In this document: piece by piece, positions 24,375-37,053 of the stretch
Layout of the letters: each line of letters opens with the position of its first letter
How positions within the stretch are numbered: the stretch's first letter is position 1
NCBI GenBank assembly: GCA_028534125.1
Contig: CM052816.1
Coordinates: forward strand, 95,544,001-95,608,000
Source of the DNA: Lama glama
Lineage: Eukaryota
Length of the DNA stretch: 64,000 bases
Reading direction: 5' to 3'
Made by a program: the position numbers and the translations under genes
Notes under the pieces: model-generated
What the model was told of the DNA's origin: nothing
Seen by the model: only the letters and a program-made list of their open reading frames with translations
Databases searched by the model: none

Positions 24375-25257
24375 TGGTAGCAGGCTGAATTGTGGCCCTA
24401 AGATATGTTTATATACTAATCCCCAGAGCCTCTAAATATTACCTTACTTGTAAAGAGCCTTTGCAAATGTAATTAAGTTAAGAATCTTGAGATGAGATCA
24501 TCCTGGGTTATCCAGGTGGGCTCCAAACACCATCACAAGTATTTTTTTTCTTCGATTTTAGTTTTTATTAAAGTATAGTCAGTTTACAATGTTTTGTCGA
24601 TTTCTGGTATACAGCATAATAGTTCAGTCATACATATACATATGTACATTCATTTTCATATTCTTTTTCATTATACTACAAGATATTGAATATAGTTCCC
24701 TGTGCTATAGAGTAGAAACTCGTTGTTTATCTATTATATATACTAGTCAGTATCTGCAAATCTTAAACTCCCAATTTATCCCTTCCCACACCCTTCCCCC
24801 TGGTAACCATGAGTTTATTTTCTGTCTGTAAGTCTGTTTCTGTTTTGTAAACAAGTTTGTCTCTTTTTTTAGATTCCACATGTAAGTGATATCATATGGT
24901 ATTTTTCTTTCTCTGTCTGACTTATTTCATTTAGAATGATGATCTTCAGGTCCATCCATGTTGCTGCAAATGGCATTATTTTATTAAGAGAGAGGCAGAG
25001 GGAGACTAGACACAAGAGGAGTGGGAGAGATGGGAGTGGGGTGGCCTCCAGCCAAGAAATGTGGGTGGGCAGAAGCCACCTGAAGATGGAAGAGGCAGAG
25101 AAGAGATCTGTCTCTTGGGGCCTTGGGTGTGAGTATGGTCCCACTGACACCTTGATTTTGGACTTCTGGTCTCTGGAACTGTGAGAGAATACACTTCTGT
25201 TGTTTTAAACCACTAAGTTTGAGGTAGTTTGTTATGGCAGCCACAGGAAACAAATAA
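24375..25257 (+). mobile_element. MLT1D-like solo LTR, split by an L1 insertion
   Basis: Start 'tggtagcaggctgaattgtggccc'; internal 'ctttgcaaatgtaattaagttaagaatcttgagatg'; end 'tttgttatggcagccacaggaaacaaata'. Confidence 0.9.
24543..24983 (-). mobile_element. Younger (artiodactyl/camelid-type) L1 3' end
   Basis: Frame reads IMPFAATWMDLKIIILNEISQTEKEKYHMISLTCGI. 3'UTR 'gaatatagttccctgtgctata'. Confidence 0.95.
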
Positions 25258-26529
25258 AATTCTCAAAAACAAACAGATCAAGTAAAAGAATAATTAATAA
25301 GAATAGCAAGGTTTTGAAAATTTTAATTAACACGCAACTGAGTATGATCATTTAAGAAATATACAGGAAAATTTATTAAAATTAACCATGTCTTAGGCCA
25401 CAAGAAAAATGTGCAGTGTCCCAAGGTTGAAGTTATTGAGTCCTTATTCTTTGGAGGCAATGCAGTAAAAACAGTAACCACCAATAAAAAGATAGACAGA
25501 ATATCCCTTGTGTACATTGGATTAAAAAAATACCTTCTGAATAATTCATGTTTTAATGAGAAAATCAAAACGGAAGTTACAGTACTTAAAACCAAATGAC
25601 TGTAAAAGTTGTGCATATAAAGTTGTGAGATAAAGCCAAAGTGTTACTCACAGGGGAATTTAGAGCCAGAAGTGCACTTATTAGAAAACAAGAAGGATTG
25701 AAAAGAAATTAGCTAAGCTTCCTTAGCTGTTAAAAAAAGGAAAACCCTGCAAAAAAAGGAGAACAGAACAAATCCAAAGAAAGTGGAAAGAAGGAAATAA
25801 TATAGACTAGAGCAGAAATTAGTGAAATAGAAAGACAGAAAGTCCAGGAGAGTCAATCAACCAAACCAGAAGCAAGTTCTTTAAAGTGGTTAATGAAAGC
25901 AGTAGGCCTTCGGCAGGTGTAATCAGTAAAAATGAAAGACAGCATAAATAAATATCATAAGGGAAAAAAAAGGATCTGTATAGCTGTTGATATATTTGCT
26001 CTTTAAAATTTTTGGATACTTAAATATCTTTATACGTTTGAAAGTATACATTAAGAAAGTAACTGATATTGAAAAGTTCCTAAGATAATACAAGTAATCA
26101 AGATCAACCCAAGAACAAGTAGAGAAACAATCATAAAATAAATGGAAACGATCGACAAAGGTCAATAAGCAAGAGACACCAAGTCCATGCAGTTTAGTAG
26201 ATGAATTCTACCAACTATTCAAGGAGAAGATAACCTAGATTTGGTGAAGCTTTTCTGAAGTGTAGAAAAAGATTGAACGCTAACCAACCCATTTTATGAA
26301 ACCACACAAGGAAAGAATAAAAAGAGAAATCTGAGAGCTCAGTACACTTCTGAATGTGCATGCAAAAACCGTAAAGAAAATATTAGCAAATTGAATCCTA
26401 CAGTTTATTAATAAGATAGTACATCTTAAGCCAATTGGGTTGCTTCAGCAAAGAATATTTATCAGTCTGGTTAACTGCCTGAAAGGAAAACAAACAAACA
26501 AACAAACAAAAAAACAAACCCCAAACCTC

Positions 26530-27990
26530 CATGATTTCCATACTAGATGCTATCCATGGTGCGTGGTCTCTGTCCTCACAGTGAGAAATAAATGCAACTT
26601 GTTCACTTGCAAATGTATTTCTGTGGCTTTGGCTGGAGGACACTGACAGTACATAGCGTATGAAATAGAAATTAAAAATGAGCTAAAGATAAAATACACA
26701 ATATTTAAAAAATAACATTTCTGTTTATTAATGGTACTGAAATTTTCTATACCATTTCTTTCCATTCTCATCAAAGTACATTAAGAACTTTTAATCAAAA
26801 TATATGTTACTAAAAAATCTTGTTTACTTTATTGTGATACAGGGATCTGAAGCTAGACTTTAAGTTCAGTTTATTTTGATATGGCTTTTAATGCTCTCTT
26901 AACTGAGAGCGAGACTTCACAAATATATGTAGATCCAAACAGTTGTGCTCACTAAACAATGAAATTCATTTTTTTCTTGACAGTGAAATCTTTTATTGAA
27001 ATCTGTCTATCTAATCATGCCCGTAAAATTTTTAAAAAATAAAAATTACAGTAGAAAAGGAAAAAGTTATGGATTCATACTTTAAAAATTCCATTAATAT
27101 ATTTGTAGGAAAAAGAGAAAAAAGCTCATAAGTATGTACATAATAGTTTTTTTTTTCTCCAGTGGAGATGCTGGGGATTGAAACCAGGACCTTGTGCATG
27201 CTAAGCATGTGCTCTATCAGAGTACACTCACCCCCCCGAGGTTTTTTGTTTTTTTGTGTTTCGTTTGCAATGACAAATAGTACCATTAAATTTTCTGTTC
27301 TTAAGTCTTAATTTTAGCAAATTTGTCAATGAGTTTTTCCAAATTTGATCTTGGTGTATTTATATGCAATTCACAATATACCAGCTTTGTTAATCTCCTT
27401 TCATTTGTAGTTGAAGAACGCCTCTATATCATTTAATCACATGGAGAAGAAAAAGTCATGTTTAAGATTTAAAAAAATAAGTTTGGCAAAGATTCATAAA
27501 AATCCCAGTTTACAATAAATTCCAGAAACTGACTTCGTGTCTTTGATGAAACTCATTTTTAAAATCCCATCTACCAGTTATGCAGTTTAAAACATATGGA
27601 ATCAAAAGTCACTGAAAATATTCATTTGGAAGTCTTTTAAACAGATTAGAAAATTTTGCTTTAAGTGTGCAGATGTGAGAGTTTAGGAGATGATGTGTTG
27701 TCTTGTTTTGGGCAACAAAGTCATATAATATGAAAACATTTTCATGTATTTGTATTCAGAAGCTCTGTATAATGTTACTCCTTTTTTTTCATACTCATTT
27801 TAATATGTTATTTTTACTTTGAAGGGACAGGTGGAGGGTGTATTTTTTCAAAAGTATTTGGATGATATCTGACTACTTACTAGTCATCTTTTTAAAAAAG
27901 CAAAGCCAGTTTGGGAAACTTATTTTTTTGGTGCAAGTAACATGTAACTAACTCTTTATGTGTGACACCTGTTATAAGCACTTTGCCTTC
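26530..27990 (-). mobile_element. Decayed hAT-Charlie DNA transposon, transposase C-terminal half
   Basis: Reverse strand near 26850-26950 reads LFGSTYICEVSLS, resembling the hAT dimerization-domain motif PFxSTYLCE. Near 27650-27990 it gives GKVL, LHLSLQ and SAHLK, resembling Charlie/Buster transposase. Many stops and frameshifts. Confidence 0.8.
27147..27237 (-). mobile_element. tRNA-Ala-derived camelid SINE (vic-1-like)
   Basis: 'tggagatgctggggattgaaaccaggaccttgtgcatgctaagcatgtgctcta'. Confidence 0.9.
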
Positions 27991-29589
27991 ACTGATAAAT
28001 CTCTGAGAGGTAACAAGCAGTATTCGTGGTCCCTTATTTGATTGCATATTCTGCTCTCTGGAGGACTATAATCTGCACACCTCTAATTGGGCAGGTGTGG
28101 CTGCATTGGCCCACCAGACCCTGAACGGGAACCCTGACATGGGGGCATCGCCGTAACCTCCCCAGAGTGACCATCCCCTCCCCTTCACTCCAGGTGACCT
28201 TGGGACTGGTTGTTCATGGACCCAGTAGGCACCCCAGGGTTCACCTGTATTTCAGTCTGGTGGTGTGGCCTTGAACAAGTTGCTCATTCTCTGGCCTCAG
28301 TTCTATAAGATGAGGACAGTCAGTCATAGTGCTTCATGGAGCTGCTGAGTGGGTGAAATGGAGCCGCCATGGAGATAACTCATCAAGGAAGCGCATCCTG
28401 AATGTTGGGCTTTCGTGATTCGTTAGAGACAAGAGAATATGGTAAGTACTGTGGTAGAGAGTGCAGAGCACAGGGGAGCTCAGAGGACATGAAATTAGCA
28501 CTGGGCTGGGTAATGAAGCCTTTTTGCTTCTCAGGGGATTTGGCATTTGACTGAGTTCTAAAGGGTAGGTTTGACTTAGTTGCAGGAATTGAGGAGAGAT
28601 GCCTTCCTGGTGGTGGGCCAAAGCAGATAAAGGAATTAAGGTGGAGAGGCAGGCTGCCCTTGGCAATGGGAGGGGGAAGACTGTCTAGACTGGGGTTTGC
28701 AGTGGGGGAGGCTGTCAAGACTGAGGGTTGCAGTGGGAAAGGGCTGGATGTGGCCATGGTGTCTTTATTAGCAGAGTCTCAGATCACCCAGAGAGGTCAT
28801 AGTCCCCTGGCAATCCCCAGCCTTCCCTTTCTCCCACAGCATCCTTGGGCCTCTTGGATTTTGGTGATTGGGTTAAAACATTCCATGTCCTGAGTAGGGG
28901 GACAGTTGGCCCAGCCCATTTCTCCCTCCTCTTGCGCCTGCCCTTTAGCTGTGCCCTTGCACTTGTCTGGTTTGTCTGCAAGACTTTAGCAGACTTGGTT
29001 ACTTAGAAAGGATGCTGAATGATGATCTTTAAATTATTAATGATTTCAGTATTTTGTAATTAAAATGCTCATTTTCTCCATGAATTTTAAGCACACATAT
29101 ATCACAAATAAGACAGAATCTATTTTAATGAATAACATTAAAACACTCAATTCCAAGTAATGAGATTATTTCCATGTCTTGGCTGATAGTCTATTTGATT
29201 CATTCATTTATTTATCCTTTCACCCACTCACTAAATATTTTTGCCCCCCTACTATGGGTAAAGTATTAATACAGCTTTGCAGATGTGGCGTCCATACATT
29301 ACGGTGAAACATTTCTCTAAGCCTGAGTAGCACACAATCAATCTTATGGAAGGTATTTCTTTTGGCTCGGTATTTCATGGTAAGGCCCAAATTTGAGCAC
29401 CTGCATGCTGTTACATAGTGCTGACTATTTAGGAAAATAGTCTGGTATTTAGGAAAATACTCTGGTGTGAAAGGGGAAGTTTCCTGGTGCAGAGGCAGGA
29501 GAGACAAAGGGAGCAATGAATTGCTTTGTGTAATCAAGTTCGAGGGATTTTGAGGCTTCTGGAAGCCTGAGAAGCATGGAGGAGATGAG

Positions 29590-30850
29590 ATGGGAAACAT
29601 CAGGAGGTTTTATGGAAGATTGTATTTTCCAGAGATGGAAGCATCTCCCATCACGCAGGCTATTCTGTCAAAAAGTGGAGGCCACGCCCTCCTCCCCTGC
29701 ACCCAGGGCAGGCCTTTGTGATCGCCTCCATCAGTGGAGTACAGCAGAAGTGTCACCATATGACTTGCAAGGCTAGGTCATAAAAGTGCCATGTATTTCT
29801 ACTGTGTTCTCCTGGGACGCTTGCTCTTGGAACACACCAGCCATATTGTGAGGAAGCCCAGGTAGAGAGACCACATGGAGAGACCACAGGTGGAGGCTTT
29901 ATGGTCGCCAGTCTGCTCAAGTTCTCAGCCAGTAATCAACTGTAACCACCAGACATGTGAGTGAAGATGTCTCAAGAAAATTTCAGTCCCCAGATATTAA
30001 ATCACCCCCAGCCTGTGAGTTCCCCCAGGGAGATCCCAGAAGTCACCAGAGCAGAAAGAAGTTGTCCCTATTGTGCCCTGTCTGATTCCTGATCCCCAGA
30101 ACCTGTTGATGTAATGCATTAAAAATATTTTAATATTTTTAGAGTAGTTCTAGATTCACAGCAGAATTGAGAGGAGGGTAAAGGGATTTCCCATATTTTC
30201 CCTGCCATAAAAATCCTCTGTGCTTCACCTACTTATCTCTTCCTGCATCCCCTCCCCAACTCCTGGCAACCACTTTTTACTATCTGCTTAGTTTTTCCTA
30301 TTTAAAGAATGTTATATAGTTGGAATCATACAGTATTTGGTCTTTTCACATTGGCTTCTTTCACTTTGTAGTATACATTTAAGATTCCTCTGTGTCTTTT
30401 CATGGCTTGAGAGCTCATTTCTTTTCAGTCCTGAATCATATTCCATTGTCTGGATGAACCATGGTTTATTTATCCATTTACCTGCTGAAGGACATCTTGG
30501 TCACTTCTAAGTTTTGGTATTTGTGAATAAATCTTCTACAAACATCTGTATGAAGGTTTTTGTGTGGACATGTATTTTCAACTCCTCTGGGTAAACACCA
30601 AGGAGCGTGATTGCTGAACTGCACAGTAAGATGATATGTAATTTTGTAAGAACCCATCAAACTGTTTTCCAAAGCAGGTGTACCATTTTGTATTCCCACA
30701 GCACTAAGTGAGGGTTCCTGTTGCTCCACATCCTCACCAGCATTTGGTATTGTCAGGGTTCTGGATTTTGGCCTTTCTAATAGGTACGGAGTAGAAAATG
30801 CATTTTACCTTTTAGACTGGGGTGGTTTGTTGAATAGCAATAGTGACAGG
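29590..30850 (+). mobile_element. MLT1 (G/H-like) LTR, split by an L1 at 30121-30796
   Basis: 'gggcaggcctttgtgatcgcctccatcagtggagtacagcagaagtg...ggctaggtcataaaag...gccatattgtgaggaagccca'. Tail 'ggggtggtttgttgaatagcaatag'. Confidence 0.85.
30121..30796 (-). mobile_element. LINE-1 3' end (L1MC/MB-like)
   Basis: Frame reads MEQQEPSLSAVGIQNGTPALENSL. Flanking direct repeat aatgcatt at 30113-30120 and 30797-30804. Confidence 0.92.
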
Positions 30851-31433
30851 AAAAAGTCTCAAGGCCTCACAGAGACAGAATTGCAGTAGGAGGCCTGGGG
30901 GATCTGGGAAGAATTTTGGCTTTTATTTCCTCAAATCAGAATGACTCTCTTTTTAAAATCAGAAATGTCTGCTATTTAATTTATCTTCTGTAATACAACT
31001 TTTCACCATCACCTCGAGTCTTCAGTAAATCTGCTACTTTTGGGGAGCTGTCTTTGGGGAAATAAAGGAATAGTTCTGTGTTCTGTGGGTGCTTTATAGC
31101 CAAGGGAGCTAGAAGACACAAGTCCAGAAGTATCTGCACAGGGATGATGGAATCTGTGAAAGGAAGAAAGAGAAAAGGGGAACCGGAAATCCTTTGATCC
31201 CCAGAGAATCCCTAGTCTTACGGGGAAGATGGGGGCTGCCCATTTAGGGGTAAAGAGGCTTCAACCATTCTATTTACATATTAAAGAAAAGGTGAGCTCA
31301 TGGGTCTCCCAGCCCACAAACATTTGGATTATATTCACGACAAAATTGGTTCTTTGTCTCAGCGTCCTTTCGGCTGAGTATGTCTGAGGGTCACAACCAC
31401 ACATCTTGTCAAATATGGGGCTGGTCTGTTCTA

Positions 31434-31459
31434 GTGTGTGTGTGTGTGTGTGTGTGTGT
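31434..31459. repeat. (TG)n microsatellite
   Basis: About 13 uninterrupted GT units. Confidence 0.95.
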
Positions 31460-32879
31460 CTGTGACACAGTGTGTGCGGGGAGTTGGTGTGTGGCTGGCG
31501 GTGCACAGAAATCGGCTGGGTCCCGGTTGATGGAGGAGGCAGACAAGGTGCTTTCTCCTGGCCCAGCACCTTTCTCCAGTCTTTGGAAACAGCCTCTCCC
31601 ACTGCAGTCTCAGCCGGAGGAGGTCCCATTGGCTCCAGCTTATTGACTGCAAGCCAGGAGGCGTCCCCTCCCTCCCTCCTTCCCCCTCTTTCTCCCTCTT
31701 TCTTTAGTGTAGAAAAAAGGGTTTCAAGCACAGGATTAGGAAACTAAATAGTACAGAGAGCCGTAAAATGAAAAGGGACAGCCCTTTGCTCTGCCTCTCC
31801 TCATCCCAGTCGAGTTCTCCAAACAGAACTGCCTTAAAGGGTCTCTGTGTTTCAGCCTTCTGGCAGTTACCATGTGTCTAAACAAAGCACTTACCTGGCT
31901 CTCTCTTGATGTATCAACTCCGAACACCATATATTGGCTTCCTGCTGAGAGAGATAAGGATTCAGCATCACACCTGTCCCTCCTTCCCCACCCCAATAGC
32001 TACCTCACTTATTTCATTCCACCCTGGTTTAATTGTGTAATGCGAAGTAATACATTTAAACATCTAATTCTTGTTATTTCAGCTTGAGAAAGTCACATAC
32101 TGTCTCTCCCTCCCTTTCTCTCTCTCTCACCACAGATGTTTTATTATCTGAATTCAAAAGGAAGGATATAACCGTGTATGTACAGACTCCTCTGCAAGGG
32201 CCTCCGCCAAGCATCACTCCTTCCACTGAGATTTATGGTGGAGGCACCATTGGCTGCCAGATGTCATAGGCTGGCAGCCTCTGCTTTCCTGGGGGTTTCC
32301 TTCCAGCTTGGTATTTTGGGGCCTTATTTCATTATATTTCATTCCATTTTCAGTGGCCCCTCCCCAGACACTCCAGCTTTGGGCAGGTCCTGTGCTCATG
32401 GCTGCCAGAGACTCATGACTGATCATTCTCTTCTCGGCAGTGGCGCAGAGTCTCCCTTGCTCATCGCCCTCCTGGAGGCCCCAACCCCTGCTCCAGCTGC
32501 ACCTTCCTCTCCAGATGTGCCATCTGCTGTCCCCAGTGCCCTTCCCTCTGCATTGTCCTGGTGGAGGACTCTGTATCCTAGCCCTGCCTCTTTCCCCTTT
32601 CTTTGTTTACATCCTCTTTTTGCTAGAGCACATCCTTGGGCAGTTTTCTAAGAAAAGGTGCGTGGGAGAGAAATTTTCATAATCCTCTGTGTTTTTTTGT
32701 TGCCATAACAGGTACCACAAACTCAGCATTTATTATCTCACAGTTCTGGAGGGATGAGGAGCTAGGAGGGGATGCCAGTGCACTTTCTGCAGGGCTGTAC
32801 AGAGCCTGGTCTCATGTCACTGCCCCTCCCTACCATCTCCCAGACCCACGATCCTACGCATGGTATTTAAACTTGAGTA

Positions 32880-33360
32880 TTGGTTAGCGTCCCTATGGGG
32901 TAACAGATAGCATGTTCTGTTAGGATAAATTGGAGAGGTTTTATTTATAAAGGAACTCATTACAAAGGTGTAGCAGGTATCAGGAACCCATGACATAGTG
33001 AAGGAACCAGAGCTAGCAATGCTGGGGCCATTGCCACCATTGGAAGAGGGAAGGGAGAGGTTACGTAAACCCAGAAGGGGCATGAGTGGCTGGAGCAAGC
33101 GACCTTGAGAGGAACATTCTGTGGAAGGACTTAACAGCCCAAGGTGACCTCAGTGGAGGAACCAGAGAATAAATACCTTGATTCACTCTCTTCCCCACCT
33201 CCTTCTCCCACTGGGGCTCTCACTGGCTGAGACCAACTGGAAGCCACACTTCTTTGGGGACCTCTTGTAGAGTTTAATCAGCCTGGAGTCCTGGGGCAGG
33301 GACCAGGGTGGAGAAGGGTGGAGACAGATCCAGAAGAGCATGTGGAAGGATCTGGGCCAG
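32880..33360 (-). mobile_element. ERV-L 3' LTR (LTR33/LTR41-like)
   Basis: Reverse strand begins TGGCCCAGATCCTTCCACATGCTCTTCTGGATCTGTCTCCACCCTTCTCCACCCTG, like the LTR33-type 5' end. It is preceded by a PPT-like GGCAAAGGGATCACC. Confidence 0.7.
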
Positions 33361-35895
33361 GTGATCCCTTTGCCTTTAGCATCTGTTCTTGTCCTTCTAG
33401 ATGAAGAGCTCATGTCCCATCAGAGGGAAGGTGTGAAGTCCACCAGCTACTCCCATTGCAAAATGAAATTAGTTTGCTCATATTTCCATGTGAATTCTAA
33501 ATTGTTGGCCAAGCCCATGTCCTTTATTTAAAGAAACAGACGTGGGACAGTGATCAGCAGCCAGGTTTGTCACCCGCCTCCCAGCCTGGTAGCTTCTTGG
33601 GAGGACTAGAGGGACGTCTTTTTCCACCATTTATTCTTTAGTCTCCTTGTCATGTGCAAACCCTGTGTTGGATGGATTCTTTACTGGTGAGAGAACTCTC
33701 ACCTTCATTCTTGCAGGATATGAGATCTTGGTGATATTTCCACAATCTTTTGTTGGCCAGGAATGTGGGGTAATGGAGAACAAAGAGGTATCCCAACAGA
33801 TCCTCTAGGCTTCAAATTGCTTGACACCCACCCTTTTCCACTGGACCTCTACTCTAGCTAATGGCTCATTGGCATAAGGAGGCCAAAATAGACTCATGGG
33901 AGATGGGGGGAGAAAGTGTCTCAGCTTCCCGTTGATCTGAACCATGAATGTTTTCTGCTTTGGTCCTGGACCTCCAAGCTCACTGAACCCAAGGTCACGG
34001 GGACAGGAAGCAAAACTTCTAGGGTATTAAGAGATAGAATAGTAAACACTTCTGTCTCTACCCCTTGTTTCTCTGGCTTGTGCTCCTGGCTTTGGGAGAA
34101 GGTTGCTCCATATGTTGATCATTGGTTTAACTCTTCAACTTTAAGGCAGGCATCCTACCCTATAACCTTATAGGATGTTTGCTTCCAGCTGGTGCTATAA
34201 TTGGGCTTTAAGCAGACCCATCCTATTATCTACTGCTTCTGGGCAATAGGTAAGCCCAGGGAATTCTATAGGCATGATCCCACTGAGTCACTTCCTTTAT
34301 TGTAGGTGTCCCTTAGTGGATGCTATGTGGGACACCAGGGTGCTGGCTCAGGCATTCTGTAAATCCATTAATGATGAGGCTGACAGAAGTGTTGAGGGCA
34401 GGAAAAGAAAATTCATACTTGTAATATGTGCTACCCTATGAGGACAAAGACTTGTCTCCTGTATAAGGAGAGGGGTCCAGTGTAATTCACCCATGACCAG
34501 GTAACCAGCTGGTCCCTGGGGATGGATCCATAGTGGAGTCTTAGTGTTGTCCCCTGCTGTTGGAAGATTGGATACTCAGCAGCAACTGTGACCACATTTA
34601 ACTTGGTGAAGGCAGCCATGTAGTTGGGCCTTTGAGTCTGTGTGTGACTTCCATCCTGGCCTGATGCCCAAGTCTTCTTGCCCACCTGATGAAGAGTGCC
34701 TCTTCCACTGTGACTGTCCACCAGTGGACATTTGCATGGCATATGAATGTGTCCACATTCTCAGAAGTCCTTCCACATAGCTCTCCTCAACCTCATTACT
34801 ACCAGTTTTTCAACTTTGTTCTCTCAAAGCCCCAGATGAGTTGGCCAACTCATTGGCCCCTGGTGATCAGTCAGGGTATAGTCACATCTTTAGCCATTTC
34901 CCCCTCTACGTGAAGAGCAGATGTGCCCCCAGAGAATCTAATTTGAAAGAAGAGCTCCCTGCCACTGTCTTTCAGAGATGCTCCTGAGTGCTGCAGTCAC
35001 CTCTTCCAAGGTGTTCAGGTGACTGTGCAATCCCATCCCTGAACCAGGCTCATACTCTTTCCTCCTTCATTAACTGGCCATAGGGAATCCCCAGGAGGCC
35101 GTAGTGCAGGATGATGGAGTGGGCAAGCAGACACTCCAAGAAGGCACCTTGAGAGGGATCTAAACCACCTCCTCTTGCCGTTCATCTGTGTTTCCTATAC
35201 GTCTACTTGGATATGGTCTCCAGGCACCATTTCCGTTTTGTAGTGGAATGCTTTCGTGCCCGTCCAGTTGTGCTTCCTGGTGGTTTGGTACATAAGACAT
35301 CCAGTTCTCGATGGGTACTTGAGCTCACATTGCGTCTGTGCCTTATGGTTAGTCTGTCTGCTTCTACCAGGGCCGGGTAAGAAAGGAGCTCTTGCCCAGG
35401 GGAGATGATTATTGGCAGAGGGAGGTGGCATCTTACTTCTGCACCCTGGGGGCCTGTGCTGTGGACTCCTGTTGGAGCCCGTAAGGGGCTTCACATAGCA
35501 CCCCCTAGCTGCAGACACTTCCAGTATTGTTGGGACAAGTGGTCACAAGGTCCAAGTCCAGGGCAATATTCCCTGCAGTCTCAGCCCTCCTCAGAGCCCT
35601 TCCTTGCTCCAGACTCTGCTTGAAACTGGCACCATCTGGGTTGATGGGGTTACTCTGTGGGTGATAAGTCTGGAGAAGCATTTTCAAATGTGGTTTATCT
35701 TGCCTCTCAAATCCAAAGAAGCCTGCAAAGATTGTGCCTCTTTCTTCGTGGTGAGCAGCACAAGGGCAGCAACTTGTCTTACATTACAGAGAAGGAATCT
35801 TGACCCCTGAACCCCTAGGACCTTCCAGGATGTGCTAGGCCCCTGAACTCTTGAAAGTGTATCTTTACTCTGTGGCACCCTTGTAAGAACTAAGA
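33361..35895 (-). mobile_element. ERV-L internal remnant: pol (RT C-terminus, connection/RNase H region, integrase) + dUTPase, non-coding
   Basis: Peptides RVQGPSTSWKVLGVQ, LTTKKEAQSL, ASFKQSLEQGRAL, VAAEYPIFQQQGTTLRLHYGSIPRDQLVTWSWVNYTGPL, RNKGVE, LLPVPVTLGSVSLEV and FGLLMPMS are collinear with HERV-L/MuERV-L Pol-dUTPase. Confidence 0.92.
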
Positions 35896-36330
35896 CTTGT
35901 AGACTTGGCAGAATGCTAAGTGCCAAGATAAATGGGGAGGCCGTGCTGGAGTTGGGAGATTATCATCTTATAACCATTTAAGATTGGTTCAGGCAAAAGT
36001 CCTCAATGGGTGCTAAACTGAGGAGGAAATTTTGAAGAGAAGCAAAATATTTGCATGGTCTTACAGTGTCTCCCTGCAGGCTGCCTGCTGTTTACAAGGG
36101 GAAAAATAGCAACTACACAGTGGAAAAATTGGACATTAATGTGACCAGGAGATAAAAATGAACATCCCCAGTGAGAAGCAGATGAATAACAAGGGCTTCC
36201 AGTGGGAAGGACTGGCGTCACTCATGACATGTTATGTCCTTGAAAAGCACAACCTGAATCCAGCCATGAGGGACCATAGAACAAACCCCGGGTGAAGGAG
36301 AGGCTACTATAAATAAATTGTATTCCTTAA

Positions 36331-36678
36331 GTGTGCTTTTGTCTGTGCTGCTTTAACAAAATGCCATAAACTGGGCGGCTTAAGCAACAGACATTTATTT
36401 CTCACAGCTCTGGAAGCTGGAAGCCTGAGACCAGGGTGCCAGCATGATCATGTTCTGGTGAGAACCCTTCTCCAAATTGCAGACTTCATACTTCTTGTTG
36501 TGTCCTCACATGGTGGAAAGAGATGAGAGAGCTCTGCGGGGGCTCTTTATGAGGGTGCCAGTCCCACTCATGAGCGCTCCATCCTCATGACCTAATCACC
36601 TCCCACAGACCATCACCCTGGGGGGTTCTTATTTCAACATATGAATTTTGGGAGGACACAAACATTCATTCCACAACA
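36331..36678 (-). mobile_element. MLT1A0-like solo LTR
   Basis: 'gctgctttaacaaaatgccataaactgggcggcttaagcaacagacatttatttctcacagctctgga...ggaggacacaaacattcattccacaaca'. Confidence 0.92.
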
Positions 36679-37053
36679 GTCTCAATATCATAAGAGACAA
36701 AGAAAAGCTGTGGGAAATGTTACAGACTGACAGAGACTAAGAAATCATGGCAACTAAGTATAATTCTTGAGCTAAGCTGTATTTTGTAGTGGAGGAAAAA
36801 TTCTCAAAGGATATTTAGTTTTGGTAATTGATACAACTGGAATAGGGAAGATAGATTGGATGAAAGTACTGTTTCCATGATACGTTTACTGAGGTTGATA
36901 ATAGTTGTGATGATGTAAGACAGTATCCTTCCATTTAGGAAATACACATTGAAGCCATTGGGATTAAAAAGCTATAATGTGATCAATCTTTTTTCAAAGG
37001 GTTGAGAGAGGCTGAGAGAGAAAAAGTTGAAGATTGTAAAACAAATGAAGCAA

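Larger units (their letters stand above)
24090..26490 (+). mobile_element. Ancient L1M(E) ORF2 fragment (endonuclease to RT region), interrupted at 24375-25257
   Basis: A-rich L1 ORF2 motifs: 'ggacagagatggacattttatatt', 'ccatgtcttaggccacaa', 'aaagccaaagtgttactcacaggggaattt', 'gatgaattctaccaa', 'aaaatattagcaaattgaatcc'. Confidence 0.88.

Noticed and set aside
32178..32651. 157-aa Pro/Ala-rich ORF
   Set aside because: Lies in degenerate old repeat-like, pyrimidine-rich sequence with no splice or homology support.
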